A DNA stretch of 64,000 nt, taken from the NCBI GenBank assembly GCA_016932695.1, contig JAFGCH010000016.1, positions 1,709 to 65,708 of the forward strand, read 5' to 3'. This DNA is from Acidimicrobiia bacterium (GTDB lineage: Bacteria; Actinomycetota; Acidimicrobiia; Spongiisociales; UBA11373). Under the pieces are notes generated by a model. The model was given only the letters and a program-made list of their open reading frames with translations, made no database searches and had not been told where the DNA came from. Both the position numbers and the translations under genes were made by a program. This document shows, piece by piece, positions 57,943 to 64,000 of this stretch (positions are counted from its first letter, which is position 1; each line of letters starts with the position of its first letter).

Positions 57943-59346
57943 TCAGCAGCTGACGAAGGCGCCCGTACCGGTGCCGAAGCTGCGGATGCGAGCGCTCGCG
58001 GCGGGGGGATCGGAGGGCGGATTCGCGAAGCGGCCGTTGTTGTAGCTCAGGTTTTCGTGGTACCAGAAGGCTACGCCGTCCGGATCCAGGTCGAAGCGTG
58101 CCCCCATCTCCTCGAAGTCGGCCCAGCGCCAGGCGGGGCGGATGCCGCCGGCGAAGAACAGCCAGTCCGGCAGGTCCTGGAGGTCGTTGACTTCCCAGCC
58201 GTCGAACTGCCGGGAACCGTTGCGGTCGGTGAAGATGGCGGTGAAGCCGTCCCAGGTGATCTCCTGCCAGTCGGCTCCGCTGCACGGGCTGGAGAACCAG
58301 CCGGTGGAGTCATCCGGGGTGCCGAACAGCAGGGTCAGGGAGGCTCGGGCTTCGGCTGCAGGCGTGCCGAAGGCGACCTCGCCGACACCCTGCCGGGAGG
58401 CGAGCACGATGTCGGATTCGCCCGAGACCACCTCTTCCAGCAGACGCTGGGTCTGCGGGCCCGCCTTGCCGTCGACGTCGAGGCGGTAGTCGCGCTGGAA
58501 GAGGCCCACCGCCTCCTCGGTCTCCTCGTCGTAGGTGCCCCCGCCGGCTCCGCCGTAGTAGCCCAGTTCGGCCAGGGTTTGTTGCAGGGCGGCGATGTCT
58601 TCGCCCTCATCCCCGGGGCGCAGGATGCCGTCGTCGGAGACGGTCTCGCACTCCAGGGTTCCGGTGAAGGTGCATTCGATCTCGCCGGTGTAGGCGGCGA
58701 CGGGCTCCCCCCCGCCGAAGTAGTCATCGGCCGGGAAGACGGATACCCCGGCGATGAAGTGCGCCGACCCGGTCCAGTCGAACACTTTGGGCGCCAACTC
58801 GAGCGCAGCGAGGTGCTCGACGCGGCGGGCCTGGTAGTCCGTGGTGGTCTCCAAGTAGGCGAGGATCGAGGCGTAGTCGATCACCACGTAGGGGTTCCAG
58901 CCCCCCAACCCCCGCCCGTACAGGACCAGGGCTTGGTAATCGGGGGCATAGGGGCCTTCGGTGAACGAAACTTGAAGGAGCATCTGATCGCTGTTGAGGC
59001 CGGTGATGGTCGGCATCGGATCGGGAAGGCGGAGGGAGAGGCGGGTGCCGGTCCCGTCGAGGGTGTCCTGCGACACCACCTCGTCTTGCTGCGGGTTGCG
59101 GTAGCGCATCTGGTGAGACCCCGTGTCCCGCAGCGGGTCGGCGACCGGATCGGCCAGCAGGGGGGCTAGGGGGCCGGTGTCGGGCGCCGCGGTGCTCGTG
59201 CTCGTCGTGCTCGTCGTGGAGGTCGTTAGGGCTTGGGTCGTGGTGGTCGTCGAGGCTTCCGCGGTGGTCGAGGTCCCGGTGCCGCCGCAGGCGGCAGCGC
59301 AGAGGGCTACCACGAGCAGCAGGGTGAGCCGGCGAGCGGCGGGCAT
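57943..59346 (-). CDS. Lipoprotein with a peptidoglycan-binding domain
   Basis: GGAGG SD; lipobox AAAC; Thr linker; LRPGDEGEDIAALQQTL..FQRDYRLDVDGKAGPQT. Confidence 0.85.
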   Translation of the reverse strand: MPAARRLTLLLVVALCAAACGGTGTSTTAEASTTTTTQALTTSTTSTTSTSTAAPDTGPLAPLLADPVADPLRDTGSHQMRYRNPQQDEVVSQDTLDGTGTRLSLRLPDPMPTITGLNSDQMLLQVSFTEGPYAPDYQALVLYGRGLGGWNPYVVIDYASILAYLETTTDYQARRVEHLAALELAPKVFDWTGSAHFIAGVSVFPADDYFGGGEPVAAYTGEIECTFTGTLECETVSDDGILRPGDEGEDIAALQQTLAELGYYGGAGGGTYDEETEEAVGLFQRDYRLDVDGKAGPQTQRLLEEVVSGESDIVLASRQGVGEVAFGTPAAEARASLTLLFGTPDDSTGWFSSPCSGADWQEITWDGFTAIFTDRNGSRQFDGWEVNDLQDLPDWLFFAGGIRPAWRWADFEEMGARFDLDPDGVAFWYHENLSYNNGRFANPPSDPPAASARIRSFGTGTGAFVSC

Positions 59347-59449
59347 GGAGCCTCCGAGAGGACGAAACGCTGCTCGGAAGGTAGCAAGCCTCGCGCGGTT
59401 GTGCCGATGGGCGGGGCCATTTGGGCCCGGGCCCCGCTAGCCTTCCCGG

Positions 59450-59660
59450 CAACGGAGAAAGGAGGTGGTCCAACAGTGATAGGCAGTTCTTACAGGACCC
59501 CGGAGGTGGCCGGGCGCTAAGCGGCCATCACAGGGGTGGCCGCTCCCCGGGGACGACCTCGGGGTAGGTGGCGACTCCAACCCGGACCACCGGGCCCGGA
59601 GATCCGTCAGTTGGTCCTCTGGCGGCGGCGGCGACGCTGAAGTGTCTCCGGGCCTGTCCG
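59450..59660 (+). ncRNA. Candidate structured RNA/small-ORF transcript of unknown family
   Basis: TAGCCT -10-like at 59438; extended SD; five hand-folded helices with G-U pairs and a GCGA tetraloop that work only on the plus strand. Confidence 0.5.
59476..59520 (+). CDS. Putative 14-aa peptide MIGSSYRTPEVAGR
   Basis: GTG preceded by AGAAAGGAGGTGGTCCAACA; TAA stop. Confidence 0.5.
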   Translation: MIGSSYRTPEVAGR

Positions 59661-59671
59661 CGTCCCGGGGG

Positions 59672-60223
59672 TCAGTGGCGGGCAGCTTCCTGCTGCAGTG
59701 CCTCCAGCAGGCGGCGGATCTGGGAGCGGAAGCGCTCGTCGACCAGGTGCCCGGCGGCATCGAAGCGGCTCTCGGCGGAGTCGATCAGCACCTCGGGCAG
59801 GCCCACCACCCGTACCCGGTTGTGGCGCAGTATCTCGCGCAGGTGCGTCTGCGCCCGTACCGTGCCGAAGCGGCCGCCCGCCCCCAGGATGGCTGCCGGC
59901 TTGCCCCGCAGCGGGGAGGCTTCCCCGCCGCGCGAGGCCCAGTCGAGGGCGTTCTTGAGCACGCCGGGGATCGACCAGTTGTACTCCGGCGTGGCGACCA
60001 GCAGGGCGTCCGCCGCGGCGATGGCCTCCCGGAGGCGGGTTACCTCGTGGGGCAGCCCGGCCGCCTCCACATCCGCGTCGAAGTGGGGGATGCCGTGGAG
60101 GGTCATCACCTCCAGCACCATGCCTGGCGGAGCCAGGTCGGTCGCGGCTCGCAGGGCGGCGGTGTTGAAGGACGCGCCGCGCAAACTGCCCGAGATGGCG
60201 AGGACGCGTAGAGGTGGAGTCAG
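59672..60223 (-). CDS. NADPH-dependent FMN reductase, probable CTG start
   Basis: LRVLAISGSLRGASFN, ATPEYNWSIPGVLKNALDW; conserved N-terminus lies upstream of the first canonical start. Confidence 0.88.
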   Translation of the reverse strand: MTPPLRVLAISGSLRGASFNTAALRAATDLAPPGMVLEVMTLHGIPHFDADVEAAGLPHEVTRLREAIAAADALLVATPEYNWSIPGVLKNALDWASRGGEASPLRGKPAAILGAGGRFGTVRAQTHLREILRHNRVRVVGLPEVLIDSAESRFDAAGHLVDERFRSQIRRLLEALQQEAARH

Positions 60224-60271
60224 AGCCGTCTCCCGGTAGGTGTGCCCTGCCCAACGCCGTGCCGGCGGCGG

Positions 60272-60760
60272 TCATTCCCGCGACGGCGAGGGCGCCGCCG
60301 CCTTGGAGTGGGGGGACTCGAGCAGGATGAACATGCGGTAGTGCGGCCCAATCTCGGGGAGTTCGAAGGGGTCGCCGTCACGGCGGAATCCGTAGCGCTC
60401 GTAGAAGCCGAAGGATCCGGCTCGGGCGTTGCACCAGGCCAGGCGGCCGCCGTGGGCGGCGGCGTGCTCCAGGCAGGCCTTGAGGAGCAAGCCGCCCAGC
60501 CCGTAGCCCCGATGCCCGTGGTCCACCGCCATGCCGCGCACCTGCCAGGCGGCCCGCTCGGGGCGCCCCGGCATGGGCCGGGGCATGATGGTGGCGATGC
60601 CCACCATCCGGCTGTGGCGGAACCCGCCCACGTGGAGCGCCTCGGAATGGTCGTCGCCGGCGTAAACCAGCTCCTCCACCTCTTGGTGGGGTCGGAGCAA
60701 GGCTCGGCGCAGCGGGCGCACCGTCTCCGCTTCGACCGCCCGGACTTCGAACTCGGCCAT
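60272..60760 (-). CDS. GNAT family N-acetyltransferase
   Basis: PLRRALLRP, WQVRGMAV..RGYGLG, WCNAR, FYERYGF. Confidence 0.9.
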   Translation of the reverse strand: MAEFEVRAVEAETVRPLRRALLRPHQEVEELVYAGDDHSEALHVGGFRHSRMVGIATIMPRPMPGRPERAAWQVRGMAVDHGHRGYGLGGLLLKACLEHAAAHGGRLAWCNARAGSFGFYERYGFRRDGDPFELPEIGPHYRMFILLESPHSKAAAPSPSRE

Positions 60761-60859
60761 GGTCCCTCTCGACGCGCCAGCCTATCCGGCGCCGCCGCCG
60801 CTCGCCCCGGCGATGGGGCCTGATCGATCTCGGCGGCTCCTCGGGGTACTCTGGCCGGG

Positions 60860-61804
60860 ATGCCTCCGCCGCCTCTTCAGACCGTCATCGCCTTCATCTG
60901 GGATTTCGACAGCACCTTGATCGTGGGCAACCAGCAGGATGCCCTCTTCGAGCACTACGGGGTAGACCCGCAGACCTTCTGGGCCGAGGTGGAGGCCCTG
61001 CCCGCCTTCCACCGGGAGCGGGGCGAGATCATCTCCCGGGACACGGCCTACTTGGTGCACCTGCTCACGTACGTGGAGGCTGGGGTACTCCCCGGCCTCG
61101 ACAACGCCCGCCTCCGGGAGTTGGGCGGCCGGCTTTGCCCCAGTCCCGGCATCCCCGAGTTCCTTGCCTACACGCGCCGACGCGTTGCCGAAAACCCGGC
61201 TCTCGCCTCTGCCGGCATCGTGGTAGAGCACTACGCCGTGTCCACCGGGCTGCTCCCCATGATCGAGGGGAGCCCCATCGCCCCCTACCTGGATGGGATC
61301 TGGGCCAACACCCTCCTCGAGCACACCGCGCTCCCCGGCTACCTCCATGGCGCGGCGGCCTGGGGCAGCCGGCGGATCACCCGCCAGGGCCTGGTGGTCG
61401 ACGGGACCACCAAGACGCGGGCGATCTTCGAGATCAACAAGGGGACCAACCGCGATCCCGCCATCGACGTCAATGCACCGCTGCCCGAGGAGCAGCGCCG
61501 AGTGCCCTTCTCGCAGATGATCTACGTGGCCGACGGCTTCAGCGACGTTCCGGCCTTCGCCCTGCTCAACGATCGGGGAGGGCGCACCTTCGGGGTGTAC
61601 CCGGCGGCCCCGGCCGGCGGCCGGTCGCGGGCCGAGGATCTCCATGAGCAAGGGCGCATCCAGGGGATGGCCGAAGCCGACTTCCGTCCGGGCACCGCGG
61701 CCTACCGGTGGCTCGTCGAGTGCCTCGACGGGGTCGCCGGGGAGGTCCTGGCGGCCAGGCGACGGGGCGCGCCGGAGGCCCCGCGATCCCCCGGGTGCTC
61801 TTGA
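60860..61804 (+). CDS. HAD-like hydrolase
   Basis: FIWDFDSTL, VSTG, KTRAIFEINKG, YVADGFSDVP. Confidence 0.85.
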   Translation: MPPPPLQTVIAFIWDFDSTLIVGNQQDALFEHYGVDPQTFWAEVEALPAFHRERGEIISRDTAYLVHLLTYVEAGVLPGLDNARLRELGGRLCPSPGIPEFLAYTRRRVAENPALASAGIVVEHYAVSTGLLPMIEGSPIAPYLDGIWANTLLEHTALPGYLHGAAAWGSRRITRQGLVVDGTTKTRAIFEINKGTNRDPAIDVNAPLPEEQRRVPFSQMIYVADGFSDVPAFALLNDRGGRTFGVYPAAPAGGRSRAEDLHEQGRIQGMAEADFRPGTAAYRWLVECLDGVAGEVLAARRRGAPEAPRSPGCS

Positions 61805-61815
61805 CCTCACCCTCT

Positions 61816-61842
61816 TCAGGCGGCCGGTGACCCTGCCGATAG
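61816..61842 (+). promoter_or_regulatory. Sigma28 (FliA/WhiG)-like promoter
   Basis: TCAGG-N14-GCCGATAG upstream of GGAGGT. Confidence 0.5.
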
Positions 61843-61870
61843 CAGGGCGAGCATCTGCCGGAGGTCCATC

Positions 61871-64000
61871 ACGCCGAAGCGCCTCTCGTCCTTCGCCAGC
61901 CCCCTCCTGCCGCGCCTGGAACCGCTGGCACTGGCCGGCCTGGCCGGGCACGCCACGCTGTTGTGGGCTCTCGGCGACCGCGGGGTGTGGGTCTGGTCGG
62001 GCAGCGGCATCCTGGCGCTGCTCGGGGTGCTGGCGCTCGCCGGGCTGGTGAAGCCGTGGGGGCAGTGGTGGGTCCTGCTGCGGGGTGGCTTGGGCGTGGC
62101 GGTGCTGCTGCTGTTCGGCCAACTGACCGGGGCCGTGCCCGGCCAGTTGGAGGTGTGGTTCGGGGTGCTCGCTTTCACCTATCCCCTGGTCCTGGCCGGG
62201 GGCCGGGCGGTGGCGGTGCCGGTGGTAGTCGGCGGGTCCTATGCGGCCGCTCTCCTGCTCGCCGAGGCCCCGCCGAGCCCGGCGGCAGCTTCGATCCGAG
62301 GTTTGGTCGTCCTGTTCGTGGGGTCGGCGGCCTGCTTGCTGGGCGCAGGTGCTCGGCATCTGCTGGGGGAGCAGGGCCGCGCCGCGGGCCGGCTGCACGA
62401 GGCCGAAAGGGTCTTCGCGGCCGCTTTCGAGGGGGCCTCGAGCGGCATGGCGGTCCTCGAGCTGGACGGGGCCCTGCTTCAGGTGAACCAGGCCCTGTGC
62501 GATCTGCTCGGTCATCCCCGTGAGGAGCTGGTAGGGACGCCATGGTCTTCCCATCTCCAACCCGACGATGCCGGGCACTACGCCGAGGCGGTCGCTCACC
62601 TGCTCGCCGGTGAGTCGTGGACCATCCAGCGCGAGGTGCGGCTGCGCCTGAAGGAGCGGCGTTTGGCTTGGGGGCTGTTGGGGATGTCCCTGGTGCACGA
62701 TGCCGCGGCGCGTCCCCGCTACCTGTTCCTCCACGTCACCAACCTCACCGACCGGGTGCGCACCGAGGGCCGGCTGCGCCAGAGCGAATCCCATTTCCGC
62801 AACTTGTTCGAGAGCTCTCCGATCCCGCTGTGGGAAGTGGATCTGACCGGCCTGGTGTCTCAATTCGAGCGCTGGCATGCCGAGGGCACCAGCGACCTCG
62901 CCGCCTTCCTCCAGTCTCGACCCGACCAGGCCCACCTGGCGGTGGCAGGGGTGACGGTGCGACGCGTCAACGAAGCCGCCTGCGCCCTGTTCGGGGCGGC
63001 GGGGGCAGAGGACTTCACGCGGGCACTGGCCTCCGGGGCACTGGGCCCCGGTTATCTCGAGGCGGTGATCACCCAGGCGGATGCCGTCTGGCACGGCCGG
63101 ACCCACCACGAGATCAAAGTCGACCTGGGGGACGGAGGCGGCGGGACCCGCACCGGCACCCTCCGGGTGGTGGTCCCCGCGATCGAGGGCCGGCCCGACG
63201 TTTCCTCGGTGGTAGTGGCCTTCACCGACCTCACCGATCATCTCCGAGCGCGCGACCAATTGCGCCGGGTCGAGGACCGGCTGCGCACCGTGATGGCCGG
63301 CGCTCCCATCGTGGTGTTCGCCGTCGACGAGCACGGGGTATTCACCTTCTCCGAGGGACAGGGCCTGCGAGCCCTGGGCCTGGCGCCGGGGGAGGCGGTG
63401 GGGCGCTCCCTCTTCGAGATGTATCGGGGGTCGCCCGGGATAGTGCAGGCGATGCGCCGGTCGCTGGCGGGAGAGACCTTCCGCGGCACCCTGAGCGTCG
63501 ATGAGCTGATCTTCGACACCCACTTCTCCCCGATGTGGGAAGAGGGCCGGGTGGTGGGTGTCATCGGGGTCTCCCACGACATCACCGAGCAGGCCCGGGC
63601 CTCGGACAATCTGCGCCAGCTGGTGCGCGCCAAGGACGAGTTCGTGGCGACGGTCAGCCACGAGCTGCGCACCCCGCTGACGGCGGTGGTGGGCTTCTCC
63701 CATGAGCTACGGGATCGTCTCGACCGCCTGGAAGCCGATGAGGTGCGCACCTTCATCGACCTCATCGGCGACCAGGCCACCGAAGTTGCCGACCTAGTCG
63801 AAGACCTGCTGGTGGCGTCGCGGCTGGACCTGAACGAGGTGGCCGTCACCCGGGACGCCATCCACCTGTGGAATCAGGTGGACGCGGTGCTGGTGGCGCG
63901 TCGCCTGGGCAAAGAGGTCACCACCGTGCGTCACGAGGCCGAGGCCAAGGTCTTCGCCGACCCGGTCCGGGTGCGCCAGATCTTCCGCAACCTGGTGGCC
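61871..64000 (+). CDS. Membrane multi-PAS sensor histidine kinase (3' end outside window; start uncertain)
   Basis: Open frame absent from the ORF track: TM region, three PAS-like segments, KDEFVATVSHELRTPL, DPVRVRQIFRNL. Confidence 0.9.

Noticed and set aside
59456-59472. Remnant of a minus-strand 16S rRNA gene
   Set aside because: Similarity stops within about 17-19 nt and no helix-45 sequence follows; treated as an extended SD instead
60224-60274. Selenocysteine recoding of the in-frame UGA (also at 61802)
   Set aside because: Both UGAs lie in non-conserved tails rather than at Cys-equivalent catalytic positions, and I see no convincing SECIS
60782-63703. 973-aa minus-strand ORF
   Set aside because: Antisense to the HAD hydrolase and histidine kinase; no recognisable motifs

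Overview
A GC-rich, gene-dense bacterial chromosome segment, most consistent with an actinobacterium (Acidimicrobiia-like; inferred from gene content, Thr-rich lipoproteins and many apparent leaderless genes). The left third is the housekeeping cluster clpC...radA-disA-carD-PIN/TRAM-ispD-ispF...cysS-rlmB and tRNA-Thr(UGU), interrupted by a BMP-type nucleoside ABC transporter, a queuosine-precursor transporter and an MFS/GDPD pair. The rest is mixed: trans-editing factors, transporters, HtrA, acyl-CoA dehydrogenase, alpha-carbonic anhydrase, tRNA-Arg(CCU), VapBC, PEP carboxylase, Pit/DUF47, two radical SAM enzymes, cell-wall proteins and two orphan PAS histidine kinases. I saw no integrase, transposase, prophage or CRISPR array. 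Best candidate for something undescribed: an ~210-nt intergenic element (59450-59660) with 17 nt of complementarity to the 16S rRNA 3' end, a 14-codon ORF, a second SD placed just before its stop codon, and a multi-helix plus-strand RNA fold. Also notable: an ABC ATPase with a hydrophobic insertion, CarD fused to 22 Lys/Pro pentapeptide repeats, sigma28-like promoters ahead of both kinases, candidate non-canonical start codons, and a three-gene chimeric scar. All calls come from reading motifs by eye; no searches or folding programs were run.
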